Positions 26,690 to 36,274 of a stretch of 64,000 nucleotides of DNA are shown in pieces. The stretch is taken from assembly GCA_026002975.1 (NCBI GenBank), contig BPGJ01000008.1, positions 35,754 through 99,753 of the forward strand, in the 5' to 3' direction. Source of the DNA: Acidimicrobiia bacterium (GTDB taxonomy: Bacteria > Actinomycetota > Acidimicrobiia > Spongiisociales > ZC4RG35). The notes below the pieces were generated by a model. The model did no database searches and was not told the DNA's origin. It worked only from the letters and a program-made list of their open reading frames with translations. The position numbers and the translations under genes were made by a program. Every line of letters begins with the position of its first letter. Within the stretch, counting starts at the first letter, position 1.

Positions 26690-27604
26690 GTGGACATCGA
26701 CGACGCGATTCGCCGTTTGGGGGAACGCCAGTACGGCCTGGTAGGCCGCCGTCAGCTCCATTCCTTGGGTCTCTCCTGGAAGGTGATCCGGTCGCGGATC
26801 GACCGCGGCATGCTGGTGGAAGAGACCCCCAGGGTGCTCAGGTTGGCTGGCACACCGCTCACCGAAGAAGGCCGCCTCCTGGTGGCGGTGCTCCATGTAC
26901 GCGACTCGATCGTCTCCCACCACACCGCGGCTGCGCTCTGGGGTGTCGCGGGTTTCGACACGCACCCGATCCATGTGTCAGTAACCCGAAATCTGCATCG
27001 TCCCCCCGCGGTCCCTTGGGTGGTGCACCACGCCACGGTGATCCCGGAGGGAGAGAGGCGGGAGGTTCGGGGGATTCCGGTCGCTTCGCCAGGATTGACG
27101 TTGGTTCAGATCGCCGGGTCTGTGAGTATGGGCCGCTTGGAGCGGGCCGTGGACAACGCGTGGTCGCTTCGTCTGGTTCACCTCGGCGAGCTCGCCGCCC
27201 TGCTCGAACGGATGGCACGGTCGGGTCGAAACGGGGTCCGGTCCCTTCGGAAAGTGCTCCAGACCAGGCAGGCCATGAGACGCCCGCCGCAGTCCAATCT
27301 GGAGACCCGCTTTCTCCAGCTGATGGAGAGGGTAGGGATCCGCACCATGGAACCGCAGGTCGACGTAGGGGACGAACGTTGGACGGGAAGGGTCGACTTC
27401 CGTGACGACGAGTGCGCGGTGGTGGTGGAGGTCCAGAGCGAGCGTTACCACAGCGCACTGTCCGACCGTCTCGCCGACGAGGCCCGTCACCGGCGCCTCC
27501 GGTCCGCCGGGTTCGAGGTGGTGACCGTGTGGGATCGCGACCTCTTCACGAGACCCCATCTCGTGGTCCGTCTGGTCCAGGAAGCCAGGAAACGCGCCAC
27601 CTGA
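26690..27604 (+). CDS. DUF559 (Vsr-like PD-(D/E)xK endonuclease fold) protein with AbiEi-like N-terminal HTH
   Basis: The N-terminus reads ..RQYGLVGRRQLHSLGLSWKVIRSRIDRGMLVEETPRVLRL... The C-terminus reads ..RVDFRDDECAVVVEVQSERYHSALSDRLADEARHRRLRSAGFEVVTVWDRDL.., the usual DUF559 signature. Confidence 0.8.
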   Translation: MDIDDAIRRLGERQYGLVGRRQLHSLGLSWKVIRSRIDRGMLVEETPRVLRLAGTPLTEEGRLLVAVLHVRDSIVSHHTAAALWGVAGFDTHPIHVSVTRNLHRPPAVPWVVHHATVIPEGERREVRGIPVASPGLTLVQIAGSVSMGRLERAVDNAWSLRLVHLGELAALLERMARSGRNGVRSLRKVLQTRQAMRRPPQSNLETRFLQLMERVGIRTMEPQVDVGDERWTGRVDFRDDECAVVVEVQSERYHSALSDRLADEARHRRLRSAGFEVVTVWDRDLFTRPHLVVRLVQEARKRAT

Positions 27605-27618
27605 GACCCTCCCGATCA

Positions 27619-27667
27619 TTTTTATGACGTAAAACCGCCCGAATCGGGCGGTTTTACGTCATAAAAA
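27619..27667. repeat. 49-bp AT-rich perfect palindrome, copy 2 (bidirectional terminator-like)
   Basis: The arms are identical to copy 1 and only the loop differs (gaatc). It lies 15 nt after the DUF559 stop and 10 nt after the convergent crgA stop. Confidence 0.9.
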
Positions 27668-27676
27668 CGCCCCGGG

Positions 27677-27923
27677 TCACCGGTAGTTGGTGGTCATAAG
27701 GAAGCCGGCGGCGATCATCCCTAGGCCTACCAGCAGGTAGAGCTGGTCGAGGACGAACACGAACCGGACGATGACCAGGATCACCCCCACCGCCATCAGG
27801 GCCGTCATCAGCACGACGTACCAGGTGGGGGAGGGGGCCTTCTTGGCGATCGAACTGGTGGGTTTGGAGGGCGGGGGTCGGCCCCGGGCGGCGTCGCTTC
27901 TTGCGATGTTTCGACTCGGGCAT
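27677..27923 (-). CDS. crgA: cell division protein CrgA, with an apparent frameshift near the 5-prime end
   Basis: The canonical N-terminus MPESKHRKKRRRPGPTP (ATG 27923) is in one frame. The rest, ..PPPSKPTSSIAKKAPSPTWYVVLMTALMAVGVILVIV...LLVGLGMIAAGFLMTTNYR, is in another. The switch falls within the G/C runs at about 27868-27890. An alternative in-frame start exists at 27961. Confidence 0.7.
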
Positions 27924-27942
27924 CGTGCCCAACCGAGCCTAG

Positions 27943-28563
<621 letters not shown>

Positions 28564-30501
28564 TCAGGGCTCGGGCGGCGGCTCGGTCGTGGTCGTCGTG
28601 GTGCTAGTGGTGGTCGTAGTGGTCGTGGTGGTGGTCGGGGCGGGAGCCCCCAGGGTGACCACCACCGTCGAGCCCCGCTCGAGGGTCACCCCGGCTTGCG
28701 GGTTCTGCTGAACCACCTTGTCGACCAAGGAGGGGTCGGACACCTCGATCCGGGCCTGGGACACCTCCATCACCAGCCCCAGCCCCTCCAGGGTCGACCG
28801 GGCCTGCTGCTCGGTGAGGCCGAACAGGTTGGGGACCTGAACGGGTTCCGGCCCGTCGGAGACCACCACCAGAACCCTGGTGTCGGGTGCGACCTGCTCG
28901 CCGGGCTCAGGGTCGGTCCGGATCACCCGCCCCTCCTCGACTTCGTCCGAATACTCCCGTTCGATCGTCCAGGTGAGTCCCGCCAGCTGCAGCTGGGACA
29001 CCGCGTCCCGCTCGGTCAGACCCACGATGGGGGGAATCTCGACCGTGTCGGGGCCGGCCGAAACCACCAGGTCGATGGGGGTGCCGGCCGGCACCTGGGC
29101 GCCGGGTTGGGGGTTCTGGTCCAGGACCGTCCCCTCCGGTTCGTCGGGGTCGGCGCGTTCGGTGATCTGACCGACGGTGAATCCCTGCTCCTCGATTCGC
29201 TGCCTAGCCGTCTCGAGGTCCATCCCGATGACGAACGGCACTCCGAAACGCTCCTCCCCCGACGACACCCACACCGTGACCAGAGACCCCTCTTCGGCCT
29301 GGGTGCCCGCCGGCGGGTCGGTTTCGATCACCAGTCCTTCCTCCACCGTAGGGTCGGGCCTCTCGCGGGCCACCGCGATGAAGCCGGCCCGCTGCAACAC
29401 CACCAGAGCCTCCTCCTCGGTCATCCCCACCACGTTGGGAACTTCCAGGGTCGCTCCGCCGCCGCTCCCCGAGAACAGGTCGAAGGTGAGGATCACCAAG
29501 ACGATCAACGTGGCCAGCAGCGCGAAGGTCCCCACGATGAAACCCAGGTTGGAGCTGGGAGGTTCCTCGAGCTGCCGGTACGCCTCGTCGGGCGGGACCG
29601 TGGCGGGAGGCACGGCGAGGACCCGGGTGGCGTCGTCGGCTGCGGCGGGCGGGGGGACGGCTCCGGCCATCGGCTTCTCCCCCTGCAGCGCCCTCCACAG
29701 GTCGGTACGGAGCTCTTCGGCGGTCTGGTATCGGGCCTGAGGATCCTTCTGCAGGCACTTGCCGACTATCGCATCCAACTCGGCGGGGACGTCCGGGTTG
29801 AGCCTGGAGGGCGGCGGCGCCTCGGCCGACACGTGCTGATACGCGACCGCCACCGGGCTGTCACCCCGAAACGGGGGTTGGCCGGTGAGCATCTCGTACA
29901 GCACGACTCCGAGGGAGTAGATGTCGGAGCGTTCGTCGACCTTGCCTCCCTGGGCCTGCTCGGGACTGAAGTAGGTGGCGGTGCCCATCACCGCTCCCGT
30001 CCGGGTCAGCTCCTGGGAGTCGTCCCAGGCTCGGGCGATCCCGAAGTCGGTGACCTTCACGGTCCCGTCGGGAGCGAGGAGGATGTTGCCGGGTTTCACA
30101 TCCCGGTGGACCAGCCCGGCCCGGTGCGCCACCGACAGAGCGGCTGCCACCTCGGCGGCGATCTCGGTGGCTCGGCGAGGCAGCAGGGGGCCTTCGGAGC
30201 GGAGCACGTCCCGCAGGCTGCGTCCCTCTACCAGCTCCATCACGATGAAGTAGGTGGAGTCGAACTGGCCCCAGTCGTAGATACCGACGATGTTGGGGTG
30301 GGTGAGGTTGGCTGCCGCTTGGGCCTCCTTGCGGAAACGCTTGACGAAGGCCTCGTCGTTGGAGAGCTGCTGGTGCAGCACCTTGATCGCGACGTTCCGC
30401 CCGAGCAGCTCGTCGTAGCCGCGGTAGACGTCGGCCATTCCGCCTCGGGCGAGGTGGGACACGATCCGGTAACGATCGGTGAGGGAGGTGGGGGTGTCCA
30501 T
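28564..30501 (-). CDS. pknB: Ser/Thr protein kinase PknB with PASTA repeats and a poly-Thr C-terminal tail
   Basis: Kinase motifs are VAIKVL, HRDVKPGNIL, DFGIA and SPEQ. One TM helix is followed by repeated PASTA-like units (VPNVVGMTEEEA.., VPFVIGMDLETA.., IPPIVGLTERDA.., VPNLFGLTEQQA..). The protein ends in TTTTTTTTTTSTTTTTTEPPPEP. Confidence 0.9.
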   Translation of the reverse strand: MDTPTSLTDRYRIVSHLARGGMADVYRGYDELLGRNVAIKVLHQQLSNDEAFVKRFRKEAQAAANLTHPNIVGIYDWGQFDSTYFIVMELVEGRSLRDVLRSEGPLLPRRATEIAAEVAAALSVAHRAGLVHRDVKPGNILLAPDGTVKVTDFGIARAWDDSQELTRTGAVMGTATYFSPEQAQGGKVDERSDIYSLGVVLYEMLTGQPPFRGDSPVAVAYQHVSAEAPPPSRLNPDVPAELDAIVGKCLQKDPQARYQTAEELRTDLWRALQGEKPMAGAVPPPAAADDATRVLAVPPATVPPDEAYRQLEEPPSSNLGFIVGTFALLATLIVLVILTFDLFSGSGGGATLEVPNVVGMTEEEALVVLQRAGFIAVARERPDPTVEEGLVIETDPPAGTQAEEGSLVTVWVSSGEERFGVPFVIGMDLETARQRIEEQGFTVGQITERADPDEPEGTVLDQNPQPGAQVPAGTPIDLVVSAGPDTVEIPPIVGLTERDAVSQLQLAGLTWTIEREYSDEVEEGRVIRTDPEPGEQVAPDTRVLVVVSDGPEPVQVPNLFGLTEQQARSTLEGLGLVMEVSQARIEVSDPSLVDKVVQQNPQAGVTLERGSTVVVTLGAPAPTTTTTTTTTTSTTTTTTEPPPEP

Positions 30502-30534
30502 CGAGTCGACCGGGATTCTACGGCCTGTGGGCCT

Positions 30535-31986
30535 TCAGTCGGTCAGATAGGCCTCGAACACCTGTGCGGCGATCGGGGCCGCCACCAGCCCTCCGGTGGC
30601 CGACTCCCCGGCGTTGCCCCCGGACTCCACCAGCACCGCCAGGGCGATCCTGGGGTCTTCGACCGGGGCGAAACCGATGAACCAGGCGTGGGGCGGCCGC
30701 CCGGGCTGTTCGGCGGTTCCGGTCTTGCCCGCCACCCGAACCCCGGGAACGGCGGCCCGCCGGCCGGTCCCTTCGGTGACCACTCGCTCCATCATCTCGG
30801 CCAGGACCGAAGCTGCGGCTGGGGACAGCGCCCGGCCGAGGGGTTCAGCGGAGAGCTGCTCCACGGTGTCGCCGTCGGCGTCGAACACCCGGGCCACCAG
30901 CCGGGGTTCGAGCACCTCGCCGCCGTTGGCGACCGCCTGGGCGACCAGCGCCATCTGCAGCACGGTGGCCCGGACGTCCCGCTGACCGATTCCGCTCTGG
31001 GCCAGGGCGGCGGGGTCGTCGACCAGGTCCCGTCTGGGAAACACCGATTCGGCCACCGGCCAGGGGAACTCCAGCTCCCGGTTGAACCCGAGGGCGGTGG
31101 CGATCCGGTCGATCTGGTCGGCTCCGACTTGGATCGCCAACGCGGCGAACACCGTGTTGCAGCTCCGGATGAATGCCTCTTGAAGGGTCACGGTGCCTCC
31201 CCGGCCGCAGGCCTGTCCGTCGAAGTTGGAGATGGTGGCGGTCGAACCGGGCAGGGGGAACTCGGCCTGGTCGGGATACTCCGACTCGGGTCCGGCCAGC
31301 CCCGACTCGAGGGCCGCAGCCGCCACCACCGTCTTGAAGGTGGAACCCGGCGGGTACAGCTCCTCGGCGGCCCGGTCGAGCAGGGGCGCGGCCGGGTCGT
31401 CGAGGAGGCGCTGACGCTGCTCGACCGCGTCGGCGCCGACCAGCAGGTTGGCGTCGAAGGAGGGAGATGACACGTAGGCCAACACCGCCCCGGTCGTCGG
31501 GTCGAGGGCGACGACCGCGCCCCGTTGCCCCCCCAGCGCCCGATAGGCGGCTTCCTGGACCCGGGAGTCGATCGTGGTTTGCAGGTTGAGGGGCCTCAAG
31601 TCCCGACCGAGGAGCGCCGCGATCACGTCGGAGATGGTGAGATCCCGGCGCGACCGGAGGTGGTCGGAGTAGGCCTGTTCCAAACCGTCGGACCCGGCCA
31701 GGCGGCTCGTGTAACCCACCACCGGGGTGTAGGCCTCACCTGCCGGATACGTGCGGGTGAACGCCTGCGGTGCTCCGGCTTGGGGTTCCGACCGGGCGAG
31801 GACCTGCCCATCCGCCGAGACGATCAACCCCCGCTCCTTGGTCGACAAGGCGATGGCCGTCCGGGCGTTACGGGGATCGGATCGGTAGGTGTCGGCCGCC
31901 ACCACCTGGATCCAGGTGAGCGAGGCGAGGAGCAGCCCGAATCCGATGAACACGATCAGAGCCAGGCGTCGTATCGGGCCGTTCAC
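30535..31986 (-). CDS. pbpA: penicillin-binding protein (class B D,D-transpeptidase) PbpA
   Basis: GTG 31986 overlaps the rodA stop (GTGA). Motifs STFK, SCN and KTGT are present. The ORF-track start at 33324 is a read-through artefact. Confidence 0.85.
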   Translation of the reverse strand: MNGPIRRLALIVFIGFGLLLASLTWIQVVAADTYRSDPRNARTAIALSTKERGLIVSADGQVLARSEPQAGAPQAFTRTYPAGEAYTPVVGYTSRLAGSDGLEQAYSDHLRSRRDLTISDVIAALLGRDLRPLNLQTTIDSRVQEAAYRALGGQRGAVVALDPTTGAVLAYVSSPSFDANLLVGADAVEQRQRLLDDPAAPLLDRAAEELYPPGSTFKTVVAAAALESGLAGPESEYPDQAEFPLPGSTATISNFDGQACGRGGTVTLQEAFIRSCNTVFAALAIQVGADQIDRIATALGFNRELEFPWPVAESVFPRRDLVDDPAALAQSGIGQRDVRATVLQMALVAQAVANGGEVLEPRLVARVFDADGDTVEQLSAEPLGRALSPAAASVLAEMMERVVTEGTGRRAAVPGVRVAGKTGTAEQPGRPPHAWFIGFAPVEDPRIALAVLVESGGNAGESATGGLVAAPIAAQVFEAYLTD

Positions 31987-33278
31987 GTCGCCTCCTCGTG
32001 GGAGATGCGAAGGAGGAGAGCGGCCAGGACGAAGTTGCCCAGCATGGCCGACCCGCCGTACGACATGAGGGGCAGGGCTATACCGGTGAGGGGAACCACC
32101 CTGAGCACCCCACCCAGGATGAGGAACGTCTGCACGGCGAACACCAGGGTGAGGCCGGCCGCGGCCAGCTTGCGGAAGCGGTCCCGGGCCGTCACCGCGA
32201 TCCCGAACCCGACCGCCACCACCAGCCCGTAGGCGGCGACGACCGCCACCGCCCCTGCGAACCCGAACTCCTCGCCCACCGCGGCGAAGATGAAGTCGGT
32301 CAGGGCGTTGGGTATCAGGTCTGGTCGACCCAGACCCGGGCCGGCGCCCGCCAGGCTTCCCGAACCCAGACCGAAGATCCCCTGGGCGATCTGGTAGCCG
32401 GCTCCTTCGAAGTCCGAGAACGGGTCGAGCCAGGCCGTCACCCGGCGCTGCACGTGGTCGAAACTGCGGTAGGCGCCCACTCCGCCCGCCAGCAGCAGCA
32501 AGAGCCCACCGGTCAGGTAGCCGGCCTCGGCGGTGGCCGCGTAGAGCATCGCCACCACCACGGTGAACAGCAGCAGCGAAGCCCCCAGGTCTCGTTGGGC
32601 AACCAGCACGCCGAGGCTCCCCAGCCACACCACCAGCAGGGGGATGAGTTGGCGTGGTTCGGGAACCCGGAACGGACCCAATCTGCGTCGAGCGGTCACC
32701 AGTGCCGGCTGGCGATCCGCCAGGTAGGCGGCGAGGAACAACACCAGCATCAGCTTGGCTACCTCGCCCGGCTGGAAGTTGAGGTCCACCAGGCCCAGGT
32801 CGAGGACGATCCACAGCCTGGACCCGTTCACCTCGTTGCCTTTCAGCGGGAACGCCCAGTCTTGGGGGAGCATGGGCAGAGCCAGGAGGGCGGCTGCGCC
32901 GACCAGCATCAGGTTGCGGTAGCGGCGCAGCACCGCCACCCCGTTGTTCGCCATCCACCACAGGGTGGCGGTGGCGGCGGCTGCACCGATCAACAACCAC
33001 CAACGTTGCAGCCCGGCCCGAACCGGGTTGAGCCGGTAGATCTCGACGATCCCGATCCCGGCCAGGAGCCCGAGGGGCGGGAGGAGATGGGGGGTGGCTC
33101 GGGGGGCGAACCGTCGGAGCGCCAAAGACACGGTGCCGAAACCGAGGAGGAAGATCACGAACGTGAGACCGACCTGGGCGTCGACGGTGCCTCCCGACGC
33201 CAGGTTGACCAGAGTCACCCCGAAGGCGGCCAGACCCGACGCCCCGACCACCAGGACCGCTTCCAGGTTTCTGTTCAT
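31983..33278 (-). CDS. rodA: SEDS family peptidoglycan polymerase RodA/FtsW
   Basis: ATG 33278 overlaps the pstP stop (ATGA). It is a polytopic membrane protein with ..PSEVAKL.. -like (QPGEVAKLMLVLFLA) and ..LPLMSYGGS.. motifs. Confidence 0.85.
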   Translation of the reverse strand: MNRNLEAVLVVGASGLAAFGVTLVNLASGGTVDAQVGLTFVIFLLGFGTVSLALRRFAPRATPHLLPPLGLLAGIGIVEIYRLNPVRAGLQRWWLLIGAAAATATLWWMANNGVAVLRRYRNLMLVGAAALLALPMLPQDWAFPLKGNEVNGSRLWIVLDLGLVDLNFQPGEVAKLMLVLFLAAYLADRQPALVTARRRLGPFRVPEPRQLIPLLVVWLGSLGVLVAQRDLGASLLLFTVVVAMLYAATAEAGYLTGGLLLLLAGGVGAYRSFDHVQRRVTAWLDPFSDFEGAGYQIAQGIFGLGSGSLAGAGPGLGRPDLIPNALTDFIFAAVGEEFGFAGAVAVVAAYGLVVAVGFGIAVTARDRFRKLAAAGLTLVFAVQTFLILGGVLRVVPLTGIALPLMSYGGSAMLGNFVLAALLLRISHEEAT

Positions 33279-33985
33279 CGGGGGAGGACGTCGACCACGA
33301 CCGCGGTGATGTTGTCGTGGCCACCCGCCCGGTTGGCTTCCTCCACCAGGGTCCACACGGCCTCCTCGGCCGAGTTGTCCTTCAACGCGGCGGCTATCGC
33401 CTCGTCGTCGAGCATCGAGTTGACCCCGTCCGAGCACACCAACACCCGATCGCCTTCGGCCAGGTCCATCGGATAGACGTCGACGTCGATGTCGGGGCTG
33501 AGCCCGAGCGCTCGGGTCAGCATGGACCGCTGCGGATGCCCGGCCGCTTCCTCGACGGTGAGCCGTCCGGCCCGTACCTGCTCGGCCACGACGGTGTGAT
33601 CGGAGGTGAGCTGGGTGAGTTCCCCCTCCCGGAGCAGGTAGGCGCGGGAGTCCCCTACGTGGGCGATGGTGGCCTTGCCGTCTGGGGCGAACTCCACCAG
33701 GGTCATGGTCGTTCCCATCCCCGCCAGCTCGGGGTTCTTCAAGGCTTCCTCGAAAACCGCCAGGTTTCCCGCCTTGACCTTGTCGGCCGGGCTGCCCTCG
33801 ACGGCGACGGCCCTCTCCACGGCGAGACGGGACGCCACCTCCCCGCCGACGTGGCCTCCCATCCCGTCGGCCACCACCACCAGCAGGGGTCCCTCACCGG
33901 TTCCCGAGGACTGCGGGTGGACGTAGTCCTGGTTGTTGCGTCTGACCCGCCCCTGATGGGTGGCGACGGCCCACTGGTACCTCAC
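33275..33985 (-). CDS. pstP: PP2C-family Ser/Thr phosphatase (short form, no membrane anchor)
   Basis: RRNNQD, VVADGMGGH, LVCSDG and GGHDNITAVVVDV are present. It is only 236 aa. Confidence 0.85.
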   Translation of the reverse strand: MRYQWAVATHQGRVRRNNQDYVHPQSSGTGEGPLLVVVADGMGGHVGGEVASRLAVERAVAVEGSPADKVKAGNLAVFEEALKNPELAGMGTTMTLVEFAPDGKATIAHVGDSRAYLLREGELTQLTSDHTVVAEQVRAGRLTVEEAAGHPQRSMLTRALGLSPDIDVDVYPMDLAEGDRVLVCSDGVNSMLDDEAIAAALKDNSAEEAVWTLVEEANRAGGHDNITAVVVDVLPR

Positions 33986-34395
33986 CTGACCTCCATGACG
34001 GTCTTGCCCACCTGGATGGCGTCTCCCCGAGCCAGGTCGACCGGGGTCGACAGCCTCCGCCCGTTCACGTAGGTGCCATTGGTGCTTCCCAGGTCGGTCA
34101 CGGTGAGCCGCCCATCCCGGTGGGTGAGTCGCAGATGGAACTCCGAAGCGTAGGGGTCGTCCAAGACGATATCCGCTTTGGGGCTCCTACCCACCACCAC
34201 GGAGTCGACCACGGTGAAGTCGAGTCCCGCCTGGGTGTCGGAGCGGACCACCACCACCCGGTTTCCCGACCTGCCGGAGCGAGCCACCGCCCCCAACCCG
34301 ACGTGGGAGGCGATCGACCGGGCGACGTGCCACACGAACAGGTAGACCAAGGCGAGGAAGATGAGACGGAGCAGGGTCAGAAGTACGTCGGGCAC
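33982..34395 (-). CDS. fhaB: FHA-domain protein FhaB/FipA (N-terminal TM plus FHA)
   Basis: The TM helix LLTLLRLIFLALVYLFVW is followed by an FHA core ..VVGRS..ADIVLDD..S..H..L.....L.DLGSTNGTYVNG... Confidence 0.8.
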   Translation of the reverse strand: MPDVLLTLLRLIFLALVYLFVWHVARSIASHVGLGAVARSGRSGNRVVVVRSDTQAGLDFTVVDSVVVGRSPKADIVLDDPYASEFHLRLTHRDGRLTVTDLGSTNGTYVNGRRLSTPVDLARGDAIQVGKTVMEVR

Positions 34396-34398
34396 CGG

Positions 34399-35052
34399 TC
34401 ACATCTCCAGTCGGTAGGCGACGGGACCGAAACGGATCACCGACCCGGGTCGCACCTCTGATCCTTCGTCGCTCACCCGCACCCCGTCCACCGTGGTTCC
34501 GTTGGCCGATCCGAGGTCGGCCACCATGACCCGTTCAGCTTCTCGCCATACGGTCGCGTGGCGCCGGCTCACATGGGGATCCGATATCACCACGTCCACG
34601 TCGGCCGCCCTCCCGATGACCGCCCGGTTGACGCACACGGGAACACGGTGGTCGCCCACCAGCCAGCACCATGGATCCCTGGGGCCCTTCTCGATTCGGG
34701 CTTCCACCTTGACCTCCCCGGTCCGTATTCGGGGATCGGTTTTCAGTTCCACCTTGGTCGGCCCCTCCAGCCGCCAGCCCCGCTCGGCCGCCGCCTCCTC
34801 GACGAGGCGGGCCAGTTCCGCCTCGACCCGGGAGAGGTCGGCCGCCTGGTCGACGTCGTCCGGAGACGCGGACACCACGAATCGGTTGGCCGCCACCGGG
34901 CCCCGCTCGGTGTCGGTCACCGACAGGTCGGCTCGGCGGATGATCCGACCGGCCAACTCGGTGGGGTGGAGCGGACCGTGGAACATCCGGCCGGCGACAC
35001 CGTCGAGGATCGCCTCGAGACGCTGTTCGAGTGACCGGATCAGGTTCTTCAT
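34399..35052 (-). CDS. fhaA: FhaA (DUF3662 N-terminal domain plus C-terminal FHA)
   Basis: ATG 35052. MKNLIRSLEQRLEAILDGVAGRMFHGPLHPTELA.. is followed by ..VIGRAADVDVVISDPHVSRRHATVW...ADLGSANGTTVDG... Confidence 0.8.
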   Translation of the reverse strand: MKNLIRSLEQRLEAILDGVAGRMFHGPLHPTELAGRIIRRADLSVTDTERGPVAANRFVVSASPDDVDQAADLSRVEAELARLVEEAAAERGWRLEGPTKVELKTDPRIRTGEVKVEARIEKGPRDPWCWLVGDHRVPVCVNRAVIGRAADVDVVISDPHVSRRHATVWREAERVMVADLGSANGTTVDGVRVSDEGSEVRPGSVIRFGPVAYRLEM

Positions 35053-35146
35053 GATGGTGGTGGCCTCCCACAGGATGCCAGCTTTTCGGCCACGTCGGGA
35101 TGGGGGCAGGGCCCGCCGGCGGCTACCATCGGCGGCCACGTCACCC

Positions 35147-35231
<85 letters not shown>

Positions 35232-35232
35232 C

Positions 35233-36228
35233 TTGGCCACAGATCTGTTCCGGCCCCGGCGCCGGCGGCGTCTGTTCCTTCCGATCGCCATCACCGTGGC
35301 CGTCATCGGTCTGATCGGTCTGTCGTTCGCCGCCGACTCCGGCCAGCCTCCCAGCGTGTATGCGGAGGATCTGAGGGACGTGGCCGGCCAGATCTCCGGT
35401 AAGGCGGGGACGTTCCAGGAGATGCTGAACCGCCTGTCGGGGGTCGGGCGTCCCGAGTTGGAGGAGGTGGTGGGAGAGGCCAGGCAGACGGTCGTCGACG
35501 CCCGGCGGTTCCTGTCGGACTCTCCACCTCCCGAACCGCTGATCCGGGCGGGTCTGCTCCTCGACCTGGCGGCCGAGTCGTGGGATCGTGGGCTGGCTGC
35601 CTTCCAGGAGGCGCTGCTCGGAGCCGCCGACGGTATGCCGGTCGGGGCGGCCCGGAACCTGCTGACCGACGGTCTCCTCGAGCTGAGGACCGGCGATCGT
35701 CTCTATCTACGGGCGGTGGAGGAGATCGAGCGGAGCGGGGTCCCGCCGGTGTCGGGGATGCCCTCGGTCGAGTTCCTGCCGCCCACCTATCCGATCGCGG
35801 CGCTGGCCGGGCCGCTGGTCGAGCAGGCCGCCTCCGAGGCGAGCCTCCTCCGGCCCCGCGAAGACGTGGCGGTGGGCCAGGTCACCACCGATCCTCCTCT
35901 GGTGGCCGACACCGAAGGGGCGCTGGTTATGGAGGCGACCGAAACCATGACCGTCCGGGTGGTGGTGGCCAATCAGGGGAACGTCGAGTCGGAGGCCACC
36001 ACCGTGACCCTGCTGTTGGAGGGCACCGACGGTTCGGTCCACGACGCGGTCGCCCAGGTCGAGAGCCTGGAGCCGGGGGCTGAGACCACGGTGGCTTTCC
36101 CCGATCTGGCGGTGACCCCGGGAGTGGCCTACCGGCTGGAGGTCGTCCTGGGCGGTGAGCCGACCGTCATCCAGTTCCGGGTCAACGAACCCACCCCGGA
36201 GACGACCACCACCACGAGCGGCGGCTGA
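35233..36228 (+). CDS. membrane-anchored extracytoplasmic protein with CARDB-like C-terminal beta domain (hypothetical)
   Basis: An Arg-rich N-terminus is followed by one TM helix (LFLPIAITVAVIGLIGL). The C-terminal segment VRVVVANQGNVESEATTVTLLL...LEPGAETTVAF resembles CARDB. The start is uncertain: TTG 35233 lies immediately after the tRNA, GTG 35296 is an alternative, and the ORF-track start at 35197 lies inside the tRNA. Confidence 0.45.
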   Translation: MATDLFRPRRRRRLFLPIAITVAVIGLIGLSFAADSGQPPSVYAEDLRDVAGQISGKAGTFQEMLNRLSGVGRPELEEVVGEARQTVVDARRFLSDSPPPEPLIRAGLLLDLAAESWDRGLAAFQEALLGAADGMPVGAARNLLTDGLLELRTGDRLYLRAVEEIERSGVPPVSGMPSVEFLPPTYPIAALAGPLVEQAASEASLLRPREDVAVGQVTTDPPLVADTEGALVMEATETMTVRVVVANQGNVESEATTVTLLLEGTDGSVHDAVAQVESLEPGAETTVAFPDLAVTPGVAYRLEVVLGGEPTVIQFRVNEPTPETTTTTSGG

Positions 36229-36274
36229 CCGACCGGCCGAAGAGCTTGCCGGGTGGGGCTGTACCATCCTCCCG

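Noticed and set aside
26584-27667. The palindromes flanking the DUF559 gene as integron attC sites, making the gene an integron cassette.
   Set aside because: There are no RYYYAAC / GTTRRRY core sites. The arms are perfect, without the extrahelical bases typical of attC. No intI-type integrase or attI is nearby, and the third copy is not next to a cassette-like gene.
30535-33324. 929-aa ORF-track protein spanning pbpA and most of rodA. A 589-aa ORF at 10455..12224(-) and a 450-aa ORF at 58012..59364(-) are of the same kind.
   Set aside because: Only the C-terminal part is protein-like. The upstream extension reads through the neighbouring gene in the wrong frame. Internal starts with overlapping stop/start codons (GTG 31986, GTG 11234, ATG 58842) give normal-length products.
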